32,000 bases of DNA from contig NZ_AP024987.1 in the NCBI RefSeq assembly GCF_020885515.1, forward strand, positions 1,260,001-1,292,000. The letters run 5' to 3'. This document shows, in pieces, positions 1 through 9,794 of this stretch. The stretch comes from a cyanobacterium endosymbiont of Braarudosphaera bigelowii. Lineage in GTDB: Bacteria; Cyanobacteriota; Cyanobacteriia; Cyanobacteriales; Microcystaceae. The notes under the pieces were generated by a model that was not told the DNA's origin, searched no databases, and saw nothing but the letters and a program-made list of their open reading frames with translations. Both the position numbers and the translations under genes were made by a program. Within the stretch, counting starts at the first letter, position 1; each line of letters opens with the position of its first letter.

Positions 1-257
1 TTTAAGAATAGTCGACTAGTTTTGAAAATATTTAGCTCTGAATTAATTTTTTTGAGATAGCTATCAATTTCTATCTTAAAATATGAAACAACACTGCTAC
101 CATAACTAGTATGATCTTGAGATATTATTTGTCCACCAAAATATTTATCTTCAATTTCTTTTACTTTTAAAGCCATTTTATAGGCACGGTCTAAAGATCT
201 CTCTGGAGTTGATGTCAGCCAATCAAAAGTTTTTTTAATCAAGAACTGAATTTTCAT
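1..257 (-). CDS. pxcA: Proton-extrusion protein PxcA/CemA homologue, N-terminal part only (gene runs off the left edge)
   Basis: Absent from the ORF track because there is no stop in the window. The reverse complement from ATG at 257 is stop-free to position 1: MKIQFLIKKTFDWLTSTPERSLDRAYKMALKVKEIEDKYFGGQIISQDHTSYGSSVVSYFKIEIDSYLKKINSELNIFKTSRLFL. The W-x3-TPER-x-L-x2-AY ... IED-x-[YH]F-G pattern matches my memory of cyanobacterial PxcA / plastid CemA N-termini. Confidence 0.65.
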   Translation of the reverse strand, partial: MKIQFLIKKTFDWLTSTPERSLDRAYKMALKVKEIEDKYFGGQIISQDHTSYGSSVVSYFKIEIDSYLKKINSELNIFKTSRLFL

Positions 258-345
258 AGTAACTAGTGCTTATTTACAATGAGTAAAAAATTAAAGAATA
301 AAAATATTTTAGAAATGATTGTATGTTAACTAATTTAATTGAGGA

Positions 346-2460
346 ATGTTTGTGAAGTTAAACTCCTTATGGATTGAAGGAACTACTCGTACTGGCAAAA
401 CAACCCAATTAGTTAAGAAGTTTTTTTACTTAATTCAAGAGAGGGGAAATGGCCAAAGTTTAACCCCTATACAATCAATTACTCATAACCTTGCTTCATC
501 AGTATTAGTTTTATCTGCAAATGACGATAATCGTCGTAAATTGTTTGATAAACTTTCTTCTATAACTAAAGGTAAATATGCTATTCATTGTAAAACACCT
601 TTAGGATTCATGAGAGATGAATTAAAGTTATTTTGGCCTCTTCTATTTAAAAAACTAAAGCTAAAGGAAGAATTCCCTTTATTTTTAAGAACCGAAACTG
701 AACAAGCATTCGCCACTAAATTATGGAAACCATATTTAGAAAAGTATCAAATATTACTTACTAAGAATCATGAGTTTCGCTTTATTCGCCAAACTCTAGA
801 CTTATTGCAATTAGCAAGTGCTAGTGGGGTAATGGTTGAAGACATATCCTTTATATTAGAGTATGGCTTAAAAGAAGAATACTACTTTTTAAAAGAATTC
901 CATAGCTCTATCCATACTAAAAAAACTTTGCCAAAGTTACAGCAGAAATTAATTACACAATGGAAAGGATGGTGTTTTAGTCGTGGCATAATAACTTATG
1001 GACTTATCTATAACTTATATTGGCAGTATTTATTGCCTAACTCTCAATATAGAGATTTTTTAATTAACCGTTATCGTGGAATTTTTGCAGATGATATTGA
1101 TGACTATCCTGCTATAACTAAAGATTTATTTCAATTTTTTATAGATCATCAAAAATTTTGTGTTTTTACTTACAATCCATATGGACAAGTTAGATTAGGT
1201 CTAAGCGCTGACCCTAAGTACTTATGTCGTATAAAGCCTTATTGTAATACGATAATATTATCTACATATCCAAAACTTTTTGATATCAGCAATCAACTTA
1301 TCTTAGAACAAATAGATAATCCTTTATCTTCAAAAAAACTTCCTTACTTTTTCTCATCAATTAAAACTTCTTCAAGAGCCGAACTTCTTCAAAAAACAGC
1401 CAATTTTATAGTTAAGGCTATTGAAAATCATCAAGTTACTCCTAACGAAATTGCAATTATTGCACCTGGTTTAGATGAAATCGCACGTTACACTCTAATT
1501 GAGACCTTATCAACAGCTAATATTCCTGTTAGATTATTAAATGAACAACGTCCTCTGATAAGTTTCCCAATTATTCGTGCATTATTAACTCTTTTGGGAC
1601 TAGTTTTTCCTGGACTAGGACAATTTGTTGAAACACATGATATTGCGCAAATGCTCACTATATTAAGCTATGATTATGAAAATAATACAATGATAATTGA
1701 CCCTGTTAGATCAGGAATCTTAGCTGATAATTGTTTTTATATGGATAAACAACATCCTAAGCTATTACCGTTAGAGCAATATTCTAGGTGGGATAGGATG
1801 GGATACAATGCTGCTAAGGCTTATAAAAGGTTATATTCTTGGGTAAAAGAAACAAGATATGAAATAGAACAAAAACAACCTGCTAACCCTATAGAAGTTA
1901 TCGATTCAGCAATTAAAAAATTTATAGAATCTAGGTATCAATTACCTCATGAACAACTATTAGCTCTGAAAGAACTTACAGAAACTGCCCAACATTTTTG
2001 GGAAATAGATTACCGTTTACAAAAATATAATACAAATATAAAGTCTCTAACAAATAACTTAGTTGATTTTATTCAATTACTCAGAGAGGGCATAGTCACA
2101 GCTAATCCTAAACCTGAAGATTATTTTAGCAAAAAGACTGACTATGTAACTTTGACTACAATTTTTCAGTATCGTTCTTTAAGAAGTTCTCATAATTGTC
2201 ATTTATGGTTAGATATTTCGTCTCATTTATGGGAAACAGCTGGGGCATCAGTTTTATTTTATGCTCAGTTATTTTTAAGAGATCAATTAAGTAATTTAAA
2301 CAAGTCTGAAGAAAACAAAAAACGTTTAAAACGTATTTTAATGGATTTATTAGGCAGAGTAAATAATGAAGTAGTTTTATGTCATAGCGATTTAAACATT
2401 AAAGGGATATATCAGTCTGGTCCACTACTAACCTTTATGAATAACTCTAAAAAAAGATAA
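346..2460 (+). CDS. Divergent superfamily-1 (UvrD/AddB-like) P-loop helicase-family protein, function unknown
   Basis: 704-aa ORF. Walker A GTTRTGKTT at aa 12-20 (nt 379..405). A motif-II-like FADDIDDY at aa 247-254 (nt 1084..1107) sits where UvrD has DEFQD. A motif-III-like YNPYGQVRLGLSADP follows. GAGGA lies immediately upstream; GTG at 352 is an alternative start with better SD spacing. Confidence 0.55.
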   Translation: MFVKLNSLWIEGTTRTGKTTQLVKKFFYLIQERGNGQSLTPIQSITHNLASSVLVLSANDDNRRKLFDKLSSITKGKYAIHCKTPLGFMRDELKLFWPLLFKKLKLKEEFPLFLRTETEQAFATKLWKPYLEKYQILLTKNHEFRFIRQTLDLLQLASASGVMVEDISFILEYGLKEEYYFLKEFHSSIHTKKTLPKLQQKLITQWKGWCFSRGIITYGLIYNLYWQYLLPNSQYRDFLINRYRGIFADDIDDYPAITKDLFQFFIDHQKFCVFTYNPYGQVRLGLSADPKYLCRIKPYCNTIILSTYPKLFDISNQLILEQIDNPLSSKKLPYFFSSIKTSSRAELLQKTANFIVKAIENHQVTPNEIAIIAPGLDEIARYTLIETLSTANIPVRLLNEQRPLISFPIIRALLTLLGLVFPGLGQFVETHDIAQMLTILSYDYENNTMIIDPVRSGILADNCFYMDKQHPKLLPLEQYSRWDRMGYNAAKAYKRLYSWVKETRYEIEQKQPANPIEVIDSAIKKFIESRYQLPHEQLLALKELTETAQHFWEIDYRLQKYNTNIKSLTNNLVDFIQLLREGIVTANPKPEDYFSKKTDYVTLTTIFQYRSLRSSHNCHLWLDISSHLWETAGASVLFYAQLFLRDQLSNLNKSEENKKRLKRILMDLLGRVNNEVVLCHSDLNIKGIYQSGPLLTFMNNSKKR

Positions 2461-2507
2461 ACAATTTACAACTATTATTTTGGAATAGTACATGTTAACT
2501 ATTGGTA

Positions 2508-2541
2508 AAGCCCCTAGCTTTTAAATAACAGTTAGGGGCTT
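2508..2541. terminator. Stem-loop between convergent genes (candidate bidirectional terminator)
   Basis: AAGCCCCTA (2508..2516) pairs perfectly with TAGGGGCTT (2533..2541), with 3 further inner pairs. It has a GC-rich core in an AT-rich spacer, between the stop at 2460 (+) and the rpsU stop at 2611 (-). There is no clear U tract. Confidence 0.5.
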
Positions 2542-2610
2542 ATTAAGTTACTAAGCTAAGCTCAAACTATAAAAGCTCTACAATTCCTAAGATGCAATAT
2601 TTTATCAAGC

Positions 2611-2793
2611 TTAATGTTGGCGGGACCTTTGTCTTTGCCGAGTAGCTTCTTTACGTTTACGCTTTTCTTCTGGCGTTTCAAAAAATTGATGCTTTTTATA
2701 GTCTATATAAATTCCAGCTCTAGCAACCTGCCGTTTAAATCGACGTAATGTAGATTCAATGGGTTCGTTTTGACCAACGACTACTTGAGTCAT
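2611..2793 (-). CDS. rpsU: 30S ribosomal protein S21
   Basis: [60 protein letters not shown] is a typical S21. I prefer ATG at 2793. The ORF-track start at 2808 is a GTG overlapping the GGAGG Shine-Dalgarno. Confidence 0.92.
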   Translation of the reverse strand: MTQVVVGQNEPIESTLRRFKRQVARAGIYIDYKKHQFFETPEEKRKRKEATRQRQRSRQH

Positions 2794-2933
2794 TATGAAA
2801 GTTAACACCTCCTTTTGTTTAATAAATAAGAATAATAAGTTAACTATCTTCTTTTATTAAAACTTATTCAAGTATATTATTTCAACCCTAGAATATATCT
2901 TTTTTATAAATTTAGACGAATAAGGTCGACAGT

Positions 2934-5114
2934 TTAGTTAATAATATCAATTGTTTGAATTAGCCAACGATCATTTTTGCGAAGTAAAGTATAACGTACT
3001 TTTAAAATATCATCGTAGGCATAATTGATATTACCCTGATGGTAATATTGGGCAGTTTCTTTGATATCAGCTTCACCAATAACTTGATATAATTTATTCT
3101 GATTAGGCTTCAGATGGTTAACCTTGATTTCATGTTGATAAACCCAATAATCTTGGTTTTGCTTCAATTTTTGTGCATGATTACGCCATTTTGAAAGTAA
3201 AGGATCAGCTAGAATATTATTTAATGAACTAATATCATGATCTTTCCCAAAAGCTTTAGATTTACTTAGTAACCATGTTTTTATTGATTGGTGAAAACCT
3301 TCAGATGTCAATATACCTGTTGTGCTAACCATTTGTGTATTAGCTAAGGGTATATTTATTAGCGGTTTAATAAGAGATACTCTATATTGATTTTTCTCTA
3401 AAGTAAATAATGGAGAATTAATCTGATATGCTAAAAGTAAGCAAATACCTGTTACACTCGCACTGCCAAGAATAGTTAACGTATTTCTTTTCGATCTCGA
3501 AAAATAGTAACAACTTTTAATATAATTGACTCTCAATAGTATTTTTAAAAGTTGAGTAGTATACAAAGAACTCTTATTAAATTGAACTTTAATATTCTTT
3601 TTAGTAAAGCTTTGCACTAAATTTTTAATATTTGTTATTGAAGTCTTTTCAGTTTCTAAATATGGAAAAAGAGAAGGATTTTTTGTGGATAGAGAGTGAG
3701 AAATTGAGTCTAGACTAACTGGTTGCAACTTTTGTAGATTTTGTCTGTAGTTATAATATTGACGGCTTTCCGTAAAGGTATCAATGATGGGAAAAGTTGA
3801 ATAATTTCTTCTTCGATTGGACTTTTCATGAACATCCACACAAAAATTATCTAAATAGGCTCGAACCTTTTTATTAAGATAATACTCTTTTAAAGAAAAT
3901 GATGATTCTTTTAAGTCTCTAAAATAATTAGAAACTTCTGTTTTTAACCATATTTCAGTATAAAGACATAAACCAGGTAGTAAATCAGGAGAACCTTGAG
4001 AATTTAATCTAATAAAATTTAAGATTGGCTGATTGTCTACTTTATTTAATAAGATTTTTTCAGCTAACTGGGTTTGTCCTAACAATAAAGCAACAATAGT
4101 TTGTTCTATAGAGACTTTCTTGTGAGATTCTAAGTTTTCAAGTATTGTTTGAGCTTCTAAAATTAGGTAAGGTTCTTTCTCAAAAAAACCAAGGGCTATT
4201 AAGATATTTACTTTTAAATAGGATGTTACAAGAGAAGAAGAATATTTATAAGTGTCTACAAAAATTTGTTTCTGTTCATTAATAGTTAAATGAATTCTCA
4301 TTTGCTGGAGAAAACTTAAAAAGTCATTAGTTTTAAGATTAAAATAACTTTTTGTTTGTTCATTAACTTCATATTTATTTTCAAGCATAGTTCCTAATAG
4401 ATCAATTCCTTTTTGTCTTAGAGATTGACAATGTATAGGATGAGCTAACAATTCTAAGATACGATAAGGTCTTAATTTATCAAGTTCCGAATAAATTTCT
4501 TTTTGTATAGACAAAAAAAGTTGATTTGTTTCTAAAAAAGTTAATCCTTTTAATCCAGCAGCAGCAGCTTTTTCATATGTCTTATCATGCCAAAGCTGTC
4601 GAGCAATTTCTAAATAAGCTGAAGAAATACTCAAAACTATATCCATTTGAGACGTTGTTAAACTTTTGTCACTTATAAGTTTTGGATAAGAATCAAATAA
4701 CAATTTAAGATAATTTTCTCCATATTGTATGACTAATTCATATTCGCTTAATTCATATAGTATTAAAAGGGCTCCAGAAAGATGATTTTCATGGATTTTA
4801 ATGCTTGAGCTTTCATATATAGACTGTTGTTCTTGATTAACTATGTCTGACTTTTTATTATCAAACATAGAATCTTTATTAGCGCTAGAGAAGACTTCTT
4901 TTAAGAAACTTGACTCATAGTCGGTTTTTGTAACTGGATTAGATAAAACGTGGAAAGCTTCATTTAATAGATTTATACGTTTTTGAATTACATCTTCACT
5001 ATATTCATGGTGAGGAAGTTGTATAATTTTATCTTGATAAGCTCGATGAAGTTGTTCATCTACTGTATTCGGAGAAACTCCTAATATTCTGTAATAGTCT
5101 AAGGGTATACGCAC
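2934..5114 (-). CDS. ftn2: Cell-division protein Ftn2/ZipN (ARC6 homologue), J-like domain protein
   Basis: The N-terminus MRIPLDYYRILGVSPNTVDEQLHRAYQDK is a DnaJ-like domain without an HPD tripeptide (LPHHEYS instead), as known for ARC6/Ftn2. It has a single TM segment (LTILGSASVTGICLLLAY) and a C-terminal ARC6-IMS-like domain. The start is GTG at 5114. Confidence 0.8.
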   Translation of the reverse strand: MRIPLDYYRILGVSPNTVDEQLHRAYQDKIIQLPHHEYSEDVIQKRINLLNEAFHVLSNPVTKTDYESSFLKEVFSSANKDSMFDNKKSDIVNQEQQSIYESSSIKIHENHLSGALLILYELSEYELVIQYGENYLKLLFDSYPKLISDKSLTTSQMDIVLSISSAYLEIARQLWHDKTYEKAAAAGLKGLTFLETNQLFLSIQKEIYSELDKLRPYRILELLAHPIHCQSLRQKGIDLLGTMLENKYEVNEQTKSYFNLKTNDFLSFLQQMRIHLTINEQKQIFVDTYKYSSSLVTSYLKVNILIALGFFEKEPYLILEAQTILENLESHKKVSIEQTIVALLLGQTQLAEKILLNKVDNQPILNFIRLNSQGSPDLLPGLCLYTEIWLKTEVSNYFRDLKESSFSLKEYYLNKKVRAYLDNFCVDVHEKSNRRRNYSTFPIIDTFTESRQYYNYRQNLQKLQPVSLDSISHSLSTKNPSLFPYLETEKTSITNIKNLVQSFTKKNIKVQFNKSSLYTTQLLKILLRVNYIKSCYYFSRSKRNTLTILGSASVTGICLLLAYQINSPLFTLEKNQYRVSLIKPLINIPLANTQMVSTTGILTSEGFHQSIKTWLLSKSKAFGKDHDISSLNNILADPLLSKWRNHAQKLKQNQDYWVYQHEIKVNHLKPNQNKLYQVIGEADIKETAQYYHQGNINYAYDDILKVRYTLLRKNDRWLIQTIDIIN

Positions 5115-5144
5115 GTTTGATTTCCTCGAATCAAAGTAGTCGAA

Positions 5145-5171
5145 ATTTATACTTAATAGTTAAGTATAAAT
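5145..5171. repeat. Perfect 12-bp inverted repeat, 31 nt upstream of the ftn2 start codon
   Basis: ATTTATACTTAA-tag-TTAAGTATAAAT, read directly. It lies in the ftn2/pdhA divergent spacer. Confidence 0.5.
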
Positions 5172-5357
5172 ATAGTTAACAAAATCCCTATTAAAAAATG
5201 TCGTTCTTTTTCAAATTTGTTATAGCTATTCAAGTATAGTGAGAGTTTTAAAATTGTAACCATAATATGAGCTCTTCAAATATGGTAATTATATCTACAT
5301 AACATTAAAATATCTGTTTAGTTTAAACTATGACCAAATAGAATATATCTATTTTTC

Positions 5358-5390
5358 AGTTATATTAAGATAACTTATCTTGATATAACT
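5358..5390. promoter_or_regulatory. 33-nt near-perfect palindrome about 77 nt upstream of pdhA (candidate operator or 5'UTR hairpin)
   Basis: AGTTATATTAAGATAA-c-TTATCTTGATATAACT has 16-bp arms with a single T/G (wobble-compatible) mismatch. Confidence 0.4.
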
Positions 5391-5466
5391 ATAACAATAT
5401 TCCCAGTTCTCGTTTTTTATAATTCGATTTTTTCTCTGTCCTGTTATTAAATTTATTTTAGTTATT

Positions 5467-6498
5467 ATGAGCTCTGAACGTATTCTACCTACATTTGATA
5501 TGAGATCTATCCATTTAACTAAAGATGAAGGATTAATCCTCTATGAAGATATGCTCCTAGGTCGCTTATTTGAAGATAAATGTGCTGAAATGTACTATAG
5601 GGGAAAAATGTTTGGATTTGTTCACCTATACAATGGTCAAGAAGCTATTTCCACAGGTATCATTAAAGCTTTACGTCCTAGTGAAGATTATATTGCCAGT
5701 ACATATAGAGATCACGTGCATGCCTTAAGTTCTGGTATTTCTCCTCGTAAGATTATGGCAGAACTATTTGGTAAAGAAACAGGATGTAGCAAGGGTAGAG
5801 GAGGATCAATGCATCTATTCTCAAGAAAACATCGTTTCTTAGGAGGATATGCTTTCGTTGCGGAAGGTATTCCTGTCGCTACAGGAGCTGCATTCCAGAG
5901 CAAATATCGTCGTCAAGTTATGAATGATAATAATTCTGATCAGGTAACAGCTTGTTTTTTTGGAGATGGTGCAAGTAATAATGGCCAATTTTTTGAATGT
6001 TTAAATATGGCTGCGCTTTGGAAGTTACCAATTATTTATATAGTAGAAAATAATAAATGGGCCATTGGAATGTCTCATGATCGAGCCACTTCGCAACCAG
6101 AAATTTATAAGAAAGCAGCTGTCTTTAACATGGTAGGAGTAGAAGTAGATGGAATGGATGTTTTAGCGGTAAGGCAAGTGGCAAAAGAAGCTATTGCCCG
6201 TGCCCGTGCAGGGGAAGGGCCTACATTGATTGAAGCTTTGACTTACCGTTTTCGAGGGCATTCTTTAGCTGATCCAGATGAGTTAAGAAAGTCAGACGAG
6301 AAAAAGTTTTGGGAACAGAAGGATCCTATTCAAAAACTCAGTAATTATCTGATTAGTCAAAATATAGCTAATCAAGCTGAATTAGATGCTATTCAAAAGA
6401 AAGTTAAAGAAGTTATTGATGATGCAGTAGAGTTCGCTGAGCAAAGTCCTGAACCAAAAGCTAATGAACTCTATCGTTATGTTTTTGTTGAAGATTAA
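5467..6498 (+). CDS. pdhA: Pyruvate dehydrogenase E1 component, alpha subunit
   Basis: 343 aa. TPP-binding region [53 protein letters not shown] includes the conserved YR-x-GHS motif. Confidence 0.92.
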   Translation: MSSERILPTFDMRSIHLTKDEGLILYEDMLLGRLFEDKCAEMYYRGKMFGFVHLYNGQEAISTGIIKALRPSEDYIASTYRDHVHALSSGISPRKIMAELFGKETGCSKGRGGSMHLFSRKHRFLGGYAFVAEGIPVATGAAFQSKYRRQVMNDNNSDQVTACFFGDGASNNGQFFECLNMAALWKLPIIYIVENNKWAIGMSHDRATSQPEIYKKAAVFNMVGVEVDGMDVLAVRQVAKEAIARARAGEGPTLIEALTYRFRGHSLADPDELRKSDEKKFWEQKDPIQKLSNYLISQNIANQAELDAIQKKVKEVIDDAVEFAEQSPEPKANELYRYVFVED

Positions 6499-6913
6499 AA
6501 TAAATTCTAGATATTAGATTAAGTATCTCTTTTTAAATTAGTAGCCAAATGTTAAAAATTAACTGTGAAAAAACTCTAAATTTAGTAAATATGTTTTGTA
6601 AATGTTCATTCAACTATATAGTTTTAAGATAGAAATTTAGAAAATTAGTTTACTAACATATTAAGTGAGATATTAGTATTTTTAAAAAAATAACTAAATT
6701 TAGATTCTATTTTTTAGAAGTAATACTAAATAATTAGCAAATTCTCATTTATTTAAAAAAAAGAAATAATCCTATATTTAATTAACTGTATGTAGCAGAA
6801 TATTTCTTAGTACTTCTCTGAAATTTTCTTTAATCATTGAAAATAAATCAAGAAACTCTTTAGACTCTGATAAGATTCATCAAAATTACAAACTGAAACT
6901 TATATTTAACAAA

Positions 6914-7453
6914 ATGCTTACTTTTATAAATTTTCCGAATTATATACAATGGTCTCTAATGGCTACTATCATCCTACTCTTAGTTGTAATTTTGTCTTTC
7001 ATGCTAAGTTGGAAAAATCGTTTCCGGCTAGTTGGAATTCTAGGATTTGTAATAGTTCTAACTGTAGGACTTTTTGGATTAAAAATAGGCTTGCTAAACT
7101 ATAATAAAACGACTACGTCAGTATCTTTATCTCGTGTATATGATAATGCTGGTGATCAAATAGTAATTTCCGTTAAACCTTCTATTACTAAAATAAAGTT
7201 ATTAGAGACCTTAAGACAAGCAGCTCAAAATTATTTCGTTTATGGAAGATCTATGGGAAAAGATAATAAATTAACGATAAGGGCACGAGTTCTTCTACAT
7301 ATAAATGAAAAAGAAGATCTTCCTTTATATCTTGGAAAAGCTGAGGAAGTATTAAATTTTCAAAGCTATGATGACTCAAAGATAAATATTGAAGTCTACA
7401 AGGATGCACTAAAAACTTTATCTGAATATCAAAGAAATATGAATTTATCTTAA
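6914..7453 (+). CDS. Hypothetical membrane protein (two N-terminal TM helices; possibly Ycf51/DUF2518-like)
   Basis: 179-aa ORF. TM segments are LMATIILLLVVILSFML and LVGILGFVIVLTVGLFGL, followed by a soluble C-terminal domain. The family name is from weak memory only. Confidence 0.45.
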   Translation: MLTFINFPNYIQWSLMATIILLLVVILSFMLSWKNRFRLVGILGFVIVLTVGLFGLKIGLLNYNKTTTSVSLSRVYDNAGDQIVISVKPSITKIKLLETLRQAAQNYFVYGRSMGKDNKLTIRARVLLHINEKEDLPLYLGKAEEVLNFQSYDDSKINIEVYKDALKTLSEYQRNMNLS

Positions 7454-7551
7454 ATGTATATTTAAGTAAGAAAAAATATCATGAATGGTATTCATACAAG
7501 TATATTCTCTAGCTTTTACTAAATACTATTATTATTTAATGGTTATACCTT

Positions 7552-8178
7552 ATGAAAAAAGACCTACTTTGGAGTCATCCTATTACCAATAAAAGCTTTG
7601 CAATCATTGATCAAGAAATAGGTCAGCATAAGTTTGAACCATTGGAATATAAAGTTGCTCGTCGTGTTATTCACTCTACAGCTGATTTTGATCTTATTAA
7701 TTCCTTAGTTTTCAGTCCAGGTGCAATTATAAATGGTATCAATGCAATTAAAAAACAGACTACCATAGTGACAGATGTCACTATGGTAAGACAAGGAGTT
7801 TTTGGCTTAGTTGGTAAAACCTTTAAAAATTTGGTTGTTACTTCAGTTAATCAGGCTTCAAGTCCTAATCCTGGCAAAACTCTTACAGAGACAGGGTTGT
7901 TAAAATGCTGTAGTCAATACCCTACAGGAATTTATGTAATAGGTAATGCTCCAACTGCATTGCTAACCCTATGTCAGCAGATTATTTTAAACAAGATACA
8001 ACCAAGTCTTATTATTGCTGCACCAGTAGGGTTTGTATCTGTTTTAGAAGCTAAACAGGCTTTAAAAAGAGTAAATATCCCAAAAATTTTTATAAAGGGA
8101 CGCAAAGGTGGTTCTCCTATTGCAGCTTCTATATTGAATGCTTTAGTTGTTTTGGCCTACGAAAACGAGATAGTATAG
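7552..8178 (+). CDS. cobH: Precorrin-8X methylmutase (CobH/CbiC)
   Basis: 208 aa. HPITNKSFAIIDQEIG, ARRVIHSTADFD and GNAPTAL are CobH/CbiC signatures. A cobalamin methyltransferase gene follows directly. Confidence 0.87.
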   Translation: MKKDLLWSHPITNKSFAIIDQEIGQHKFEPLEYKVARRVIHSTADFDLINSLVFSPGAIINGINAIKKQTTIVTDVTMVRQGVFGLVGKTFKNLVVTSVNQASSPNPGKTLTETGLLKCCSQYPTGIYVIGNAPTALLTLCQQIILNKIQPSLIIAAPVGFVSVLEAKQALKRVNIPKIFIKGRKGGSPIAASILNALVVLAYENEIV

Positions 8179-8212
8179 CTTATAGTTAAACTTTTTGAAT
8201 ATCATAATAATA

Positions 8213-9460
8213 ATGATTAGGGTTGTAGGAATTGGATTAAATGGGAAAGATAGCTTAACGACAGAAGTTAAAAGCATCGTAATAAATACTTCTATCTTGA
8301 TAGGCAGCCAGCGACATCTTAAATATTTTTCTGACTATTCTGGGACTACAATCGCTTTAGAAAATTTTATTAAAGATATAAAAGTTTTAAAAAAACTCAG
8401 TAAAGATAATAAATCTATCGTTGTTTTAGTTAGTGGAGATCCCCTCTTTTTTGGCCTAGGACGTCTACTATTACAAGAGATCAATAAAAAAGATTTAGAA
8501 TTTTATCCAAATCTGACATCAATTCAGCTAGCATTTAGTTATATAAAAGTTCCTTGGCATGATGCCCAACTTATTAGTATTCATGGTCGCAATTTAGATG
8601 AATTAATTCTTAGTTTTAAAAAAGGGAAGCAGAAAATTGCTATTCTTACTGACAACTATAATAGTCCACAAATAATTGCCAGTATTTATTTAAGCTTAAG
8701 CCTTCTTAAAAGCTATGATGTTTGGGTATGTGAGAATTTAGGTAGAGTTGATCAAAAAATTAATTGTTTTTCACCTCAAAAACTAGCTGATCTTAAACAG
8801 TATGAATTTTCCTCTTTAAATATTGTTATTTTTCTAGAAAATAACAATATTGCTTTAAACACACAAGAATACGCGCAATTACCTGTCCTAGGTATTAGAG
8901 ATGAGCATTTCTTAACGTTTAAAGATCGTCCAGGACTTATGACAAAACGCGAAGTCCGAATAGCTATATTAGGAGAATTAAGTTTACAACCAAAACAAGT
9001 TATTTGGGACATAGGTGCAGGAACAGGTTCAGTTTCTATAGAAATATCTCGTTTGTCAAATACATCAAAAGTTTATGCGATTGAAAAAACTGCAGTAGGT
9101 ATTAATATAATTACTAAAAATTGTAAAAGATTTCGAACTTATAACGTAGTTCCTTTCGCATTAACTAATCTCCAAGAGTTATATGAACTTCCCAGTCCTG
9201 ATAGGATCTTTATAGGAGGTAGCGGAGGAAAATTGATTGAAATTTTAGAAATTTGTCAACAAAAATTAAAGGAAAACGGCATTATAACTATTTCTTTGGC
9301 AACCGTAGAAAATTTAGGAATGAGTATAAATTGGTTAAAGAATAATTCCTGGAACTATACTCTTCTGAGTATTCAGCTGTCCAGATCTCTAGCTATCGCT
9401 AATTTAACTCGTTTATACCCAATAAATCCAGTTTTTTTGTTGAGAGCTAACCGTAGATAA
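8213..9460 (+). CDS. cobL: Precorrin-6Y C5,15-methyltransferase (decarboxylating), fused CbiE/CbiT (CobL)
   Basis: N-terminus MIRVVGIGLNGKDSLT with VSGDPLFFG (CbiE tetrapyrrole methylase). The C-terminal half has a SAM-binding DIGAGTGSVSIE and IFIGGSGG (CbiT). I prefer ATG at 8213; the track start at 8195 is a TTG. Confidence 0.87.
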   Translation: MIRVVGIGLNGKDSLTTEVKSIVINTSILIGSQRHLKYFSDYSGTTIALENFIKDIKVLKKLSKDNKSIVVLVSGDPLFFGLGRLLLQEINKKDLEFYPNLTSIQLAFSYIKVPWHDAQLISIHGRNLDELILSFKKGKQKIAILTDNYNSPQIIASIYLSLSLLKSYDVWVCENLGRVDQKINCFSPQKLADLKQYEFSSLNIVIFLENNNIALNTQEYAQLPVLGIRDEHFLTFKDRPGLMTKREVRIAILGELSLQPKQVIWDIGAGTGSVSIEISRLSNTSKVYAIEKTAVGINIITKNCKRFRTYNVVPFALTNLQELYELPSPDRIFIGGSGGKLIEILEICQQKLKENGIITISLATVENLGMSINWLKNNSWNYTLLSIQLSRSLAIANLTRLYPINPVFLLRANRR

Positions 9461-9794
9461 AAGTAGTAGTTAAAATTTTTCCTTATGTTACTTTTTTGTT
9501 TGCTGATAATCATACCTTATTTCTAATAACAACAATAATTACATAATAGATAACTAATTAAAAATATATTGAAGAAATCTTATATTTCTTAATAATGGAT
9601 AAATTCTAATTGTTTTATCAGTAAATTGACTATTTTTAAAGTATTATTCAAAATGACAAAGAAGCTTTAATATTTATATCATTAATTCAAATCAAATTAT
9701 CTTAGTAAAAAATTCAAAATATTGCTATTAGTTCACATTTAATGTAGTGTCGATAGTTGTTTATATTATCAACTAAGAGTTGATCGAAATCTGT

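Noticed and set aside
5712-5903. 63-aa minus-strand ORF inside pdhA
   Set aside because: It is fully antisense to a confidently identified gene, has a Pro/Ala/Leu-rich mirror-frame composition, and shows no start context.
6566-6703. The 10-bp palindrome CTAAATTTAG occurs twice (6566..6575, 6694..6703) plus a near copy (6632..6640) in the 415-bp pdhA-downstream spacer. The second copy sits in a long imperfect AT hairpin.
   Set aside because: It is composed almost purely of A/T, is short, and the flanking pairing is register-ambiguous. It is plausibly chance. It would be worth revisiting only if the motif is enriched genome-wide.
7454-7551. Looked for a cobalamin riboswitch (B12 box) upstream of cobH, and also upstream of cobQ and its leader gene (27524..28079)
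   Set aside because: No GCCACTG-like B12 box or GC-rich multi-helix core is present. The spacers are short and almost pure A/T.
8776-9012. 78-aa minus-strand ORF inside cobL
   Set aside because: Antisense shadow ORF within a well-supported CDS.
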